From the NCBI GenBank assembly GCA_963666275.2, contig CAXXOA010000001.1, positions 1,376,001-1,440,000 on the forward strand: a DNA stretch of 64,000 nucleotides, read 5' to 3'. Under the pieces are notes generated by a model that worked only from the letters and a program-made list of their open reading frames with translations, ran no database searches and was not told the origin of the DNA. The DNA is from Oceanispirochaeta sp. GTDB lineage: Bacteria; Spirochaetota; Spirochaetia; DSM-2461. This document shows positions 1-9,590 of the stretch, one piece after another. The position numbers and the translations under genes were made by a program. Position 1 is the stretch's first letter. Every line of letters starts with the position of its first letter.

Positions 1-125
1 TCCTGCTGGGGGATGGACGTTCTGTCTTTAGGTTTCAGCCCGGACAATCCTTCCGGCAGATTCAGATCCCGGATAAGAGTCTCCGCTTCTTCTACAAGTA
101 TTTCAGGTTCTTTATAGGCAATCAT
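1..125 (-). CDS. nfnB: 5' end (partial) of probable NfnB / GltD-like oxidoreductase large subunit
   Basis: ATG at 125 overlaps the nfnA stop (TGATG); reads MIAYKEPEILVEEAETL...KPKDRTSIPQQ to the window edge; identity rests mainly on position after nfnA. Confidence 0.65.
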   Translation of the reverse strand, partial: MIAYKEPEILVEEAETLIRDLNLPEGLSGLKPKDRTSIPQQ

Positions 126-985
126 CAAAGGGCTCCTGTCTGTAAGAGTTTTCCTGCTGCCGCATCCATCCGGCAGCGGTGATCAAGTTCATGATCCGTG
201 TAGGATTTCATACGGGTCATCATGGAATCAAAATCCACAAGATGTCCGTCAAACTCAGGGCCGTCCACGCAGACGAATTTTGTGTCTTCTCCCACGGTCA
301 CACGGCAGCCTCCGCACATACCGGTTCCGTCAACCATAATGGTATTCAGAGATACCACGGTGGGGACTTTAAAAGGACGGGTGGTCTCACTGCAGAACTT
401 CATCATAATCGGAGGGCCGATGGCTACCACTTCCGCAGGAGGATTGTCAGAGCCGCAGATCTCTTTCAGAGGTTCCGTAACCAGGGCTTTCCGGCCACGG
501 CTTCCGTCGTCTGTACAAATGATCAGTTCGTCCGACAGGGCCGTCATTTTATCTTCCAGTATAAGAAGATCCTCATTCCGGGCGCCCATTATGGTAATGA
601 CTCTGTTTCCCGCCTTTTTGAAGGCTTCCACAATAGGGTGGAGGGGGGCAACACCGATACCGCCGCCCACGCACACCACAGGAGCGTCATATTTCTGAAT
701 ATGCGTCGGGGCTCCCAGAGGGCCCAGGAGGTGGGCAATCTCTTCACCTTCAGTTTTCCGGCTCAGCTGCAGGGTAGACCCCCCTACAGCCTGAAAAATA
801 ATGGTGATGGTTCCTTTTGCCTCATCTGCATCGGCTATGGTCAGAGGGATTCTCTCTGCCAGATCATCGTCCAGCATGACAATCACAAACTGTCCCGCCT
901 GCCGTGACGAGGCTATATGGGGGGCGGCAATTTCCATCTGAAAAACATCAGAAGACAATTGAATCTTTTTGACAATCCGGTTCAC
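125..985 (-). CDS. nfnA: NfnA / SudB-like FAD/NAD-binding 2Fe-2S subunit
   Basis: ERIPLTIAD, GGGIGVAP, DGTGMCGGCR and CVDGPEFDGH motifs. Confidence 0.9.
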   Translation of the reverse strand: MNRIVKKIQLSSDVFQMEIAAPHIASSRQAGQFVIVMLDDDLAERIPLTIADADEAKGTITIIFQAVGGSTLQLSRKTEGEEIAHLLGPLGAPTHIQKYDAPVVCVGGGIGVAPLHPIVEAFKKAGNRVITIMGARNEDLLILEDKMTALSDELIICTDDGSRGRKALVTEPLKEICGSDNPPAEVVAIGPPIMMKFCSETTRPFKVPTVVSLNTIMVDGTGMCGGCRVTVGEDTKFVCVDGPEFDGHLVDFDSMMTRMKSYTDHELDHRCRMDAAAGKLLQTGAL

Positions 986-3012
986 TTTGAAACTCCTGCC
1001 GTCTCTTTTATCCCCAGCAGAGATTCCACTTCTTTAACAACCTCTTCCATTGATGTTTTATGGAGTTTCTTCTCTCCGACAGTTACGGTGGGACCATGGC
1101 TGCAGTTTTCACTGCAGAAGGTCGCTTTTACAGACAGTCTCTCTTTCCAGCCTTCTCTTTCCACAAGGGAGTTCATTCCGGAAAGGATCTCCTGAGACCC
1201 TTTGAGAAAGCAGCTTGTTCCCACACAGACATTGACTTCCACAGGAGCCTCATGGGCTGTTTCTGTCAGGGCCAGATGATCATGATCGATCCTTTTACGG
1301 CTCTGGTAGCTTGTATGGACCATATCATGGGCTTCGTGACTCCCTGTTTTGTTCCCCAGCATCTTTTCATAAATCCTCTGAATGTAGGGATTGTCTTCGG
1401 GGGAGTGAATGGGAGAAATCCTTCCGGCGTCTTTCAGGGCCGCAGTCCGTTTGGCTATGACTTTGCTGTCGTAGGTGACGGGCTGTCCCCCTCCGGCAAC
1501 ACAGCCTCCCGGACAGGCCATAACTTCCACAATATCGTATTCCACTTCACCGGCCTGGATCTTTTCAATAAGCCTTTCCGCATCTTTCATCCCCGCTGCC
1601 ACGGCCATCCTGAGTTTCAGATCTCCCTCTTCGATAATGATCTCTTTCCAGCTGGGATCATCTTCGTAGGGCACAGGATCGAAGGATTTCAGTTCTTTGC
1701 CGTTGATGGTTCTGGCGGCATACCGGGCGACCGCTTCGGAGACCCCCTGGGTGCTTCCGAATCCCAGTCCCGCTTCCGAATAGAGTCCGAAGGGCAGATC
1801 TGCAGCGGCCGGAGCCAGTTCTTCAAAGACAATTCCCGCTTCTTTTATCATTTTTCCCAGTTCCTGGGTTGTCAGGACATAGTCCACATTGGGAACACCG
1901 TCCCGGCTCAGCTCGGGTCTCTCTTTTTCATACTTCTTGGCTGTACAGGGCATGATGGATACCATAACCACATCGCTTTCCGGAATCTCACAGGTCTGGC
2001 TCAGCAGTTTTTTGCCCAGTGACCCTACCATTCCCTGAGGAGACATACAGGTGGAGAGCTGAGGAAGCAGTTCCGGATGAAAATGCTCGGCATATTTGAC
2101 CCATCCGGGGCAGCAGGAGGTAAACATGGGGCCTTTCATCCCTGATTTTTTCCGTTCCAGAAACTCATTTGTCTCTTCAAGCACAGTCAGATCCGCACCG
2201 AAAGAGGTATCGTACACCTCTTTGAATCCCAACATTCTCAGGGCATTCATGATTTTTCCTACAGTCACAGCCGATTCGGGAAGGTTGAACATCTCTCCGA
2301 TGGAGGAGCGGATCGCCGGAGCAATCTGAGCTACAACAGTCTTTTTCTCATTTCCCAGAGCGTCCCATACCTGACTGACTTCGCTGCGGGGCATGATGGC
2401 ACCGGTGGGACAGACCGCGGCACACTGACCGCAGTTGATACAGTCTACCTGTCCGAGGCTTTTATTGAAGGCGGGAGTGACAACCACATCTTCGCCTCTG
2501 TAGGCAAAGTCAATGGCGCCGACGCCCTGAATCTCATGACAGTAGCGGACACAGTCTCCACAGAGCACGCACTTGTCGGGATGACGGACCAGGCTGGGTG
2601 AGAGGAGGTCCGGTTTCCGGGGTTCCCTTGTTTTTTTGTAGGGAATCCTTGTGACACCCAGAGAGGACGCCAGCTCTTTGAGCTTACAGGCAGAAGACTT
2701 TTCACAGGTAGTACAGCTGTTGTCATGATTGGCTAGAAGGAGCTCAATCAGATTTTTCCGCATTTTCCTCAGTTTCGGAGTGTGAGTTTTAATCACCATC
2801 CCGTCTCTGGGAGGGGTGGAACAGCTTGTATCGATGCCTTTTCCTTCTATATCCACAATACAGAGCCGGCAGGCGCCGTAGACACTCAATTCGGAGTGAT
2901 AGCAGAATGTGGGCATTTCGATACCCGCTTTGCGGATGACTGACAGAAGGTTTTTTTCTCCTTCCAGGGGGACGGCATTGCCGTTTATTGTAATAGTTCC
3001 TTGCTTGTTCAT
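982..3012 (-). CDS. hydA: [FeFe]-hydrogenase group A catalytic subunit with C-terminal thioredoxin-like 2Fe-2S domain
   Basis: H-cluster motifs TSCCPGW, MPCTAKKYE, EVMACPGGCxxGGGQP; N-terminal FeS clusters; C-terminal CVGTSC...CSENC. Confidence 0.95.
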   Translation of the reverse strand: MNKQGTITINGNAVPLEGEKNLLSVIRKAGIEMPTFCYHSELSVYGACRLCIVDIEGKGIDTSCSTPPRDGMVIKTHTPKLRKMRKNLIELLLANHDNSCTTCEKSSACKLKELASSLGVTRIPYKKTREPRKPDLLSPSLVRHPDKCVLCGDCVRYCHEIQGVGAIDFAYRGEDVVVTPAFNKSLGQVDCINCGQCAAVCPTGAIMPRSEVSQVWDALGNEKKTVVAQIAPAIRSSIGEMFNLPESAVTVGKIMNALRMLGFKEVYDTSFGADLTVLEETNEFLERKKSGMKGPMFTSCCPGWVKYAEHFHPELLPQLSTCMSPQGMVGSLGKKLLSQTCEIPESDVVMVSIMPCTAKKYEKERPELSRDGVPNVDYVLTTQELGKMIKEAGIVFEELAPAAADLPFGLYSEAGLGFGSTQGVSEAVARYAARTINGKELKSFDPVPYEDDPSWKEIIIEEGDLKLRMAVAAGMKDAERLIEKIQAGEVEYDIVEVMACPGGCVAGGGQPVTYDSKVIAKRTAALKDAGRISPIHSPEDNPYIQRIYEKMLGNKTGSHEAHDMVHTSYQSRKRIDHDHLALTETAHEAPVEVNVCVGTSCFLKGSQEILSGMNSLVEREGWKERLSVKATFCSENCSHGPTVTVGEKKLHKTSMEEVVKEVESLLGIKETAGVSK

Positions 3013-4916
3013 TCGTTTCCTCCAAAACTGATGGCATCAAAACGGCAGGTATCCACACAGGCACCGCAGCTGATACATTTCTCTTCATCAATCACGTGAG
3101 CTTCTTTTCTCTCTCCCGAGATGGCTCCCACAGGGCAGACTCTGGCACAGGCGGTACAGCCCTTACAGGCCTCCGCAATGATGCTGTAGCTCACCAGATC
3201 CTTGCAGTTTCCGGTGGGACAGGTCCTATCCTCCACATGGGCTACCCACTCGTCCCAGAACTCTTTCATGGTACTGAGAACAGGGGAGGGCGCGGATTTT
3301 CCGAGTCCGCAGAGGGAGGATTCCTGAACGGTTTCGCACAGTTCCTTCAGCAGATCCAGGGTTTCCATAGTTCCCCGGCCCTGGGCAACGTCGTCGATCA
3401 GTTCCAGGATCTGCCTGGTACCTTCCCGGCAGGGAACGCACTTCCCGCAGCTTTCAGACTGGGTGAACTTCATAAAAAACCGGGCAATCTGGATCATACA
3501 GGTGCTTTTGTTCATCACAACAAGCCCGCCGGAGCCGACCATGGCGCCTACTGATTTAAGAGAGTCGAAGTCCAGGGGAATATCCAGATGTTCTTCTGTC
3601 AGACAGCCTCCCGAAGGACCGCCTATCTGGACAGCTTTGAATTCGCTGTTATCAATTTTTCCTTTGCTGTTGAGAACACCGCCGCCGATGTTGAAAATGA
3701 TTTCCCTCAGGGTCGTCCCGAAAGGAACTTCGATCAGTCCCGTATTGGCCACATGGCCTGTCAGGGCAAAGGTCTTGGTTCCCGGAGATCCGGCGGTTCC
3801 TGTCTTTTTATAGGCGTCTTCCCCCATGCGGATGATAAGAGGAACACAGGCCAGGGTTTCCACGTTGTTTACAACCGTGGGTTTTCCCCAGAGACCTTTC
3901 TCCGCTGTCCGGGGCGGTTTGACCCGGGGCATTCCCCGGCGTCCCATGATACTTTCGGTCATGGCGCTGGCTTCCCCGCAGACAAAGGCTCCGGCACCTT
4001 CCATAACAAAAATGTCAAAACTGAAATCAGAACCGAAAATATTTTTTCCCAGAAAGTTTTTGGCTCTGGCTTCGATTATGGCTTTATTGATGCGCTCAAC
4101 CGCCAGGGGATACTCCATTCTCACATAGATCTGGCCTTCCGTACCGCCGCAGGCTTTGGCCGCAATGATCATACCCTCCAGGACACTGTGGGGATTTCCC
4201 TCCATAACAGATCTGTCCATAAAGGCTCCGGGGTCGCCCTCGTCACCATTACAGATGATATACTTGGCATCGCTTTCCTGGCGGAGAGCCAGTTCCCATT
4301 TACGTCCGGTGGCAAAACCGCCGCCGCCGCGGCCTCTCAGTCCGGCTTCTTTGATTTTGTCACAGACTTCCTGGGGTGTATTGTTCAGAACAACCTGACG
4401 GGCTCCCTCATAACCGCCGTCGGCGATGTAGTCGGAGATATCTTCAGGGTCAATATTGCCGCAGCCTTTCAGTACTGTACGGGCCTGTCTTTTGTAAAAG
4501 GGTATTTCATCATGATTCCGGCAGGTATCGCCGTTTGCCGGGTTTTTATAGAGGAGGTCTTCCAGAACTTCCCCTTTCATAATGGTTTTTTCAATTATAT
4601 CCTGAGCATTTTCAGGTTTTACTTTGATATAGAGGATCTGTTCGGGTTCAATGGTCACCAGGGGACCGACCTGACAGAATCCCTGGCATCCGCTCTTGCT
4701 GAGAAGTACGGAACCTTCCCGGGGGGGCTCTTCTTCCTTCAGGGTCAGGGTCAGAGGAATGTTATTCTCTGTGATATATCGGCTCAAAGCCTCATGGACT
4801 TCCATGGCACCGTTGGCAATGCAGCCTGTACCGGCACAGATCACAATCCTGTGAGCCAGGGCGGCTTTTTTGTTTTTATATTCTTCTACGACTTTTTCCA
4901 GAATAGCAGTTTCCAT
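3009..4916 (-). CDS. hydB: NuoF-like NADH/FMN-binding hydrogenase subunit
   Basis: GLRGRGGGGF, CNGDEGDPGAFM, SCGKCVPCREG, C-terminal 2x[4Fe-4S]. Confidence 0.95.
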   Translation of the reverse strand: METAILEKVVEEYKNKKAALAHRIVICAGTGCIANGAMEVHEALSRYITENNIPLTLTLKEEEPPREGSVLLSKSGCQGFCQVGPLVTIEPEQILYIKVKPENAQDIIEKTIMKGEVLEDLLYKNPANGDTCRNHDEIPFYKRQARTVLKGCGNIDPEDISDYIADGGYEGARQVVLNNTPQEVCDKIKEAGLRGRGGGGFATGRKWELALRQESDAKYIICNGDEGDPGAFMDRSVMEGNPHSVLEGMIIAAKACGGTEGQIYVRMEYPLAVERINKAIIEARAKNFLGKNIFGSDFSFDIFVMEGAGAFVCGEASAMTESIMGRRGMPRVKPPRTAEKGLWGKPTVVNNVETLACVPLIIRMGEDAYKKTGTAGSPGTKTFALTGHVANTGLIEVPFGTTLREIIFNIGGGVLNSKGKIDNSEFKAVQIGGPSGGCLTEEHLDIPLDFDSLKSVGAMVGSGGLVVMNKSTCMIQIARFFMKFTQSESCGKCVPCREGTRQILELIDDVAQGRGTMETLDLLKELCETVQESSLCGLGKSAPSPVLSTMKEFWDEWVAHVEDRTCPTGNCKDLVSYSIIAEACKGCTACARVCPVGAISGERKEAHVIDEEKCISCGACVDTCRFDAISFGGNE

Positions 4917-4921
4917 CCTTC

Positions 4922-5422
4922 TCAGTCCTCCTTGGCCTTGTATTCATCGATCAGTTCTTTCATCTGTTTGTTTGAAACCTGACCATAGACTTTGTCATTG
5001 ATAACAACTGCCGGAGCCAGACCGCAGGCGCCCAGACAGGAAACGGTTTCCAGAGTAAAAAGAAGGTCCTCTGTGGTATGTTTTTTTTCAGACAGTCCCA
5101 GTTCTCTCTGGATTATATCTATAAGTCCGGAAGAGCCTTTAACATGACAGGCTGTTCCATCGCAGACTTTAATTACGTATTTTCCTTTGGGATCCAGGGA
5201 AAAGTGGCTGTAGAATGTGGCAATACCGAAAACCCTGGCCGGAGAGATCCCCAGGCTGGTTGCAACAAAAGTCATGATCTCTTCGGGCAGGTATCTGTAC
5301 TCTTCCTGGACTTCCTGCAATATGGGAATAATTTTTGAAGGCAGTCTGTCATACTTGTCCAGTATGTCGCAGACTTTGCTGAAATTGTTCAGTTTCTCAG
5401 CTGTCACGCTTTGGGTAGCCAT
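4922..5422 (-). CDS. hydC: NuoE-like 2Fe-2S hydrogenase subunit
   Basis: CDGTACHVKG and CLGACGLAP; AGGAG RBS upstream. Confidence 0.95.
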   Translation of the reverse strand: MATQSVTAEKLNNFSKVCDILDKYDRLPSKIIPILQEVQEEYRYLPEEIMTFVATSLGISPARVFGIATFYSHFSLDPKGKYVIKVCDGTACHVKGSSGLIDIIQRELGLSEKKHTTEDLLFTLETVSCLGACGLAPAVVINDKVYGQVSNKQMKELIDEYKAKED

Positions 5423-5442
5423 AGTTTTAAACGCTCCTATTT

Positions 5443-5496
5443 TTATCGATATGGTGATATCGATAATAAAATATCCAATATGCGTTTTTTTGGCAA
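5443..5496 (-). promoter_or_regulatory. sigma70-type promoter of the hyd-nfn operon followed by a palindromic operator candidate
   Basis: TTGCCA-17-TATTTT (5496 to 5468), then perfect inverted repeat TTATCGATAT-N4-ATATCGATAA at 5443-5466. Confidence 0.6.
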
Positions 5497-5527
5497 TACC
5501 TTTACAACAAATTTCTTTTATTATTCT

Positions 5528-5558
5528 AAAAAAAAGACCACCCCGCAGGATGGTCTTT
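5528..5558 (-). terminator. intrinsic terminator
   Basis: AAAGACCA-TCCTGCGGGG-TGGTC followed by T8 on the minus strand, after the 5578 gene. Confidence 0.8.
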
Positions 5559-5577
5559 CATGAAGAATAAAAACCTT

Positions 5578-6915
5578 TCAGTCTCTCTTTTTTCTTAAAT
5601 TATTTCTGATCCTGTCCAGATACCCTATAAAGAGAATAAGCACCGTGATAAATGAAAGAGAGAGCAGGGCTATTGTGGATATAGCCCCGATTCTGTCATT
5701 CAGATCAAAATAGTCATTAGCAACTCCCAGCAGAGCCAGAAGCTGCACTATAGCAATGACAAAAAGAAGGTTATTCTGCCGGTTGTCCGAACTGGTCTGT
5801 ATTATATCCATTTTCTGATCCAGTGACAGACGGCATCTTTCCAGATCTTTTTCAAATGTGAATAGATTCTCTTCCATCTCCCAGTATTTCCACAAGGCAG
5901 TGTAAATCTGCTGCTGATCGGGTTTCAGGTTGGAAAGGAATATTCGCTGGATATGTCTTAGTTTATGAATAAGAAGCGACATCCTTTCAGATCTCAGGAT
6001 CTGTGTATTCAGTTCGATTCTATCCTGGTAGAAAATCTGATCATATAGACGGTGAATATGATATTGAACTGTCTGGGTCAAAGTGTAATAAAGATTCTGA
6101 ATATTGATAAAAACAGGAAATATCCGGGAAGTCGTATCTCTGTCTACCCCCCAGAAGGTGGAGGACTGCCATCCCAGGAATACCTTTGTATTTTCGCTGT
6201 AGACCGAGAGTTCTTTCATCTGTTCAGACTGCTGGTCTATCCTGTCCAGGCAGTGTGACTGCTGAATAAAATCCTCCGGGAAATCTGAAGATGCAAAATC
6301 CTGGAATTCAGGAAAAAATGAAATCAAATAACCGAAGCTTCTCTCTATATGAACTTCTGGTGCGCCATTAAATAGGGATTTTATTTCGTTTTTGACAAGA
6401 TTTATACAGTGCTGTTTTATCTTATCCGCCCAGGTGGAAGAAGGTTTTTCGTACATATCATCATCCACAAGCATATTTCTTATATGGCTGTAGAGAGAAT
6501 TAAAATAGGACGTCTGACCCGGAGAAAAGGGATCGTTTGAAGATAGTGTCAGGCAGAAATGGATATAAAAAATCCTTAGAGTTTTATCAAATAGAAGAGC
6601 GTAGCCGCTCTGGTTCAGGTTAATGATAAAGCCAGGCAGATAACAGAATGATCCGTCACACATATACTCCTGCAGATGACCGTTGAAATCATCACCTGGG
6701 AGAGGGTAGTAGAGGCAGTTGTAATTCAGATAATTCAGCTGGGAGTATTCCGCCTGAAGAGGAGCGGGAATATGTTCGGTATTCTGTAGATTCTGCCATT
6801 TTCCGGAATCTTCAATTCTTTGAAAGTAAAACTGAAGCAGCCAGTTATGATCGATCTCAAGCGGATACAGGCAGTGAAAAGTAATGTTGTAGGGTTTAGA
6901 GATATGTGTTTCCAT
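5578..6915 (-). CDS. hypothetical protein with two C-terminal TM helices (CorA-like topology)
   Basis: Long AT-richer ORF; helical stalk then two hydrophobic segments and a basic tail; start uncertain (6915 or 6972). Confidence 0.7.
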   Translation of the reverse strand: METHISKPYNITFHCLYPLEIDHNWLLQFYFQRIEDSGKWQNLQNTEHIPAPLQAEYSQLNYLNYNCLYYPLPGDDFNGHLQEYMCDGSFCYLPGFIINLNQSGYALLFDKTLRIFYIHFCLTLSSNDPFSPGQTSYFNSLYSHIRNMLVDDDMYEKPSSTWADKIKQHCINLVKNEIKSLFNGAPEVHIERSFGYLISFFPEFQDFASSDFPEDFIQQSHCLDRIDQQSEQMKELSVYSENTKVFLGWQSSTFWGVDRDTTSRIFPVFINIQNLYYTLTQTVQYHIHRLYDQIFYQDRIELNTQILRSERMSLLIHKLRHIQRIFLSNLKPDQQQIYTALWKYWEMEENLFTFEKDLERCRLSLDQKMDIIQTSSDNRQNNLLFVIAIVQLLALLGVANDYFDLNDRIGAISTIALLSLSFITVLILFIGYLDRIRNNLRKKRD

Positions 6916-7330
6916 GTCCTTGCAGATACTCCTGTGGCAGCGGTTCTTTTCGATAGTCCAGAAACAGTTCACAACCTTTCGGTAAATCAGACAGAACTAC
7001 GATCCTGAGGGGATTATACTGTAAAGACACATTGGGAGTGCGGCTGTGATTGATGTAATAGTACTTGGTTTTGAACGGGCGGATAATAACACCCTCTTCT
7101 ACGGCATTCCACTCAGACGCAACAGTTTCTCTGGACCAGTAAAGATCCCATGAGATTTTCTGGCCGTCCAGTTCTCCCAGAACTGTTCCTTTTCTTACCG
7201 GTTCGGTTAAAAAAAGGCCATACCCATGAACAGAACTGATTCCTGTTGTTGTGTAACAGAGATTATCGATGAGTTCTTCCGGTGGAGGTTCCGGAATACC
7301 GTTATCCTTATTATTGAGTGTATCTGCCAT
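6896..7330 (-). CDS. SET-domain protein (putative protein-lysine methyltransferase)
   Basis: SSVHGYGLF, YINHSRTPNV and GCELFLDY SET motifs. Confidence 0.85.
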   Translation of the reverse strand: MADTLNNKDNGIPEPPPEELIDNLCYTTTGISSVHGYGLFLTEPVRKGTVLGELDGQKISWDLYWSRETVASEWNAVEEGVIIRPFKTKYYYINHSRTPNVSLQYNPLRIVVLSDLPKGCELFLDYRKEPLPQEYLQGHGNTYL

Positions 7331-7442
7331 TTCAAGTCTTCTTCTCTGTCTTCAGTAGATATCCCGAGAGTATCCGCCTTTATCTTATGATACTATAATT
7401 TAGGCTGTAATGACAAATCAAAGACATTTCCAATCAGTCAAT

Positions 7443-7655
7443 TTAAACAGCCGTCCTGACTTTTCTGACTTTCTGGGGCTCTACTTTCTTCTTGAGCGGG
7501 ATACCGCAGAATCGGCATTTAGCCCGTTCGTCGCTGCAGGAGGGGCAGACATGAAAGTACTTGTCGCAGTGGGAGCAGTAGTACCTTTTTGAAGCTGCCA
7601 TAAAAACTCTGCCGCAGCTTTCACAGGTCGCTTCGATGACATTTGTTTTATCCAT
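7443..7655 (-). CDS. small protein with four CxxC pairs (double zinc ribbon-like)
   Basis: CESC, CSHC, CPSC, CRFC; AGGAG RBS upstream. Confidence 0.75.
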   Translation of the reverse strand: MDKTNVIEATCESCGRVFMAASKRYYCSHCDKYFHVCPSCSDERAKCRFCGIPLKKKVEPQKVRKVRTAV

Positions 7656-7793
7656 TATTCAACTCCTGTTGATGTGAGTATTTTTTTATTATCGAATGGC
7701 TGTTTCTTAAACTGAATAGACCGTTTGGTATAATTCAGATCTCTCAGCGATTTTTTGAGTTTTTATGCCCTTCTGCCGATAATCGAAAGAGTT

Positions 7794-8759
7794 ATGAATA
7801 GAATTATTCCGGTAGCCAGCGGAAAAGGCGGCGTGGGAAAGTCCATGCTCACAGTCAATCTGGGTGTCACTCTAGCCTCAATGGGAAAAACAGTCATTCT
7901 GATTGATCTGGATCTGGGCGGCTCCAATCTCCACACTTTTCTGGGAATCCGGAACAGCAAAACCGGTATCGGAAATTATCTGAATAAACAGGCCGACTCC
8001 CTGGAATCACTTATTATCCCCACACAGGTGGATCGTCTTTTTCTTATTCCCGGTGACGGGCTTTTTGCCGGTACAGCTCATATGCACTACTTTCAGAAAA
8101 TGAAAATACTGAAGGAAATTCCTGCTCTTGTGGCCGATTTTATCCTTCTGGACCTCGGGGCTGGCACCGCAAATAATGTGGTGGATTTTTTTATTCCCTT
8201 TCCCCAGGGCCTCATAGTCACCATGCCGGAAACCACATCCATACTCAATGCCTACTCCTTTCTGAAAACAGCCCTCTATCGGGCTTCCTACAGGATGTTT
8301 CCTCCCAAAAGTGATGAAAGGGAACTCATTCATGATTTTTTCAGGCATCGGCTGGAAGGATCGGGTAACAGCCTTTTTTCTCTGGCTGACCGCCTGGGTG
8401 ATATCTCCCATGATTCAGCGGCAAAAATCAGGAACCTTATCGATGTATTCTATCCGGGGGTGATCATCAATATGGGACGGACCCAGGAAGACCGGGATCT
8501 GGGGAAAAAGCTCCGAATGGTGAGCCGGAAAAATCTGGGAATCTCTCTGGAATATATGGGATACATTCCCTATGAAAAGGCTGTCTCCCGATCGATCCTC
8601 AACAGAAAACCCTACGTGGTGGACCACAAAACACCCCTGGCATCAGGACTGGAAACTGTGGCGAAAAGAATTCAGAAACTGATTCCCGATGCGGGCATTC
8701 CCCTTTATGAAGGAGATGAGGACCTGGATCAGCTGAATTGGGAGGGGATAGAACAGTAA
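7794..8759 (+). CDS. MinD/FlhG-family P-loop ATPase
   Basis: SGKGGVGKS deviant Walker A, IDLDLGGSNL, DLGAG; likely start MNRIIPVAS at 7794. Confidence 0.85.
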   Translation: MNRIIPVASGKGGVGKSMLTVNLGVTLASMGKTVILIDLDLGGSNLHTFLGIRNSKTGIGNYLNKQADSLESLIIPTQVDRLFLIPGDGLFAGTAHMHYFQKMKILKEIPALVADFILLDLGAGTANNVVDFFIPFPQGLIVTMPETTSILNAYSFLKTALYRASYRMFPPKSDERELIHDFFRHRLEGSGNSLFSLADRLGDISHDSAAKIRNLIDVFYPGVIINMGRTQEDRDLGKKLRMVSRKNLGISLEYMGYIPYEKAVSRSILNRKPYVVDHKTPLASGLETVAKRIQKLIPDAGIPLYEGDEDLDQLNWEGIEQ

Positions 8760-8760
8760 T

Positions 8761-9579
8761 ATGGCCAGAGTATATGCTGCAGTATGTATAGCTTTTTTCC
8801 TTTTTCACGGCCTTGCCGCTCAGGAAAACGTTATCAATGACGGAATGATCTTTGTGGAAGGAGGAACCTTTCAGATGGGTTTTAATAAGGGGGATTTCTT
8901 TGAAAAGCCAGTTCATCAGGTAACACTGGGCAGCTTCTACATCTCTCCCTATGAAGTGACACAGGGGCTCTGGCAGCAGGTTATGAGAAAAAATATAAGC
9001 CATCAGAGAGCAATGAAAAATCCTCCCGGCCGGATCAAAGGAGAAGGCTACAGCTATCCTATCTATTACGTCTCCTGGTACGATGCTGTTGAATTCTGCA
9101 ATGAACTGTCCCGGCTGAACGGTCTTGAGCCCTGCTATTCCGGAGAAGGGGAGAATATTCGCTGTAATTTCGAGGCAAACGGCTACAGACTTCCCACAGA
9201 AGCGGAATGGGAATATGCCGCACGGGGCGGTATCAGGAGCGGTGGAAATCAGTATGCGGGCTCCCGGTTTATAGACAAGATAGCCTGGTATCAGAATAAC
9301 TCATCGGTCAGAACGAATGAAGTGGGATTGCTGGATCCCAATGAGCTGGGCCTTTATGATATGAGCGGAAATGTGAATGAGTGGGTATGGGACAGTTTCT
9401 GTCTGTATAAGGCCCTGTCGGCAGTAGATCCGGTTGTCTCGGACTGTATGGATTACAGAGTTTACAGGGGTGGTTCCTGGTCTCATAGCGCCGAATACAG
9501 CAGAGTCACCTACCGCATGGGAGATGTACCGGAGACAAGACTGAATAATCTGGGTTTCAGAATTGCCCGTTCCCGGTAA
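8761..9579 (+). CDS. exported formylglycine-generating-enzyme (FGE-sulfatase) family protein
   Basis: signal peptide; RLPTEAEWEYAARGG, GLYDMSGNVNEW, RGGSW, GFRIAR. Confidence 0.9.
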   Translation: MARVYAAVCIAFFLFHGLAAQENVINDGMIFVEGGTFQMGFNKGDFFEKPVHQVTLGSFYISPYEVTQGLWQQVMRKNISHQRAMKNPPGRIKGEGYSYPIYYVSWYDAVEFCNELSRLNGLEPCYSGEGENIRCNFEANGYRLPTEAEWEYAARGGIRSGGNQYAGSRFIDKIAWYQNNSSVRTNEVGLLDPNELGLYDMSGNVNEWVWDSFCLYKALSAVDPVVSDCMDYRVYRGGSWSHSAEYSRVTYRMGDVPETRLNNLGFRIARSR

Positions 9580-9590
9580 AAACGAATTTG

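Noticed and set aside
8761..9579. FGE/C-type-lectin-fold protein as a diversity-generating retroelement target
   Set aside because: No reverse transcriptase and no template repeat of the 3' end seen in the window
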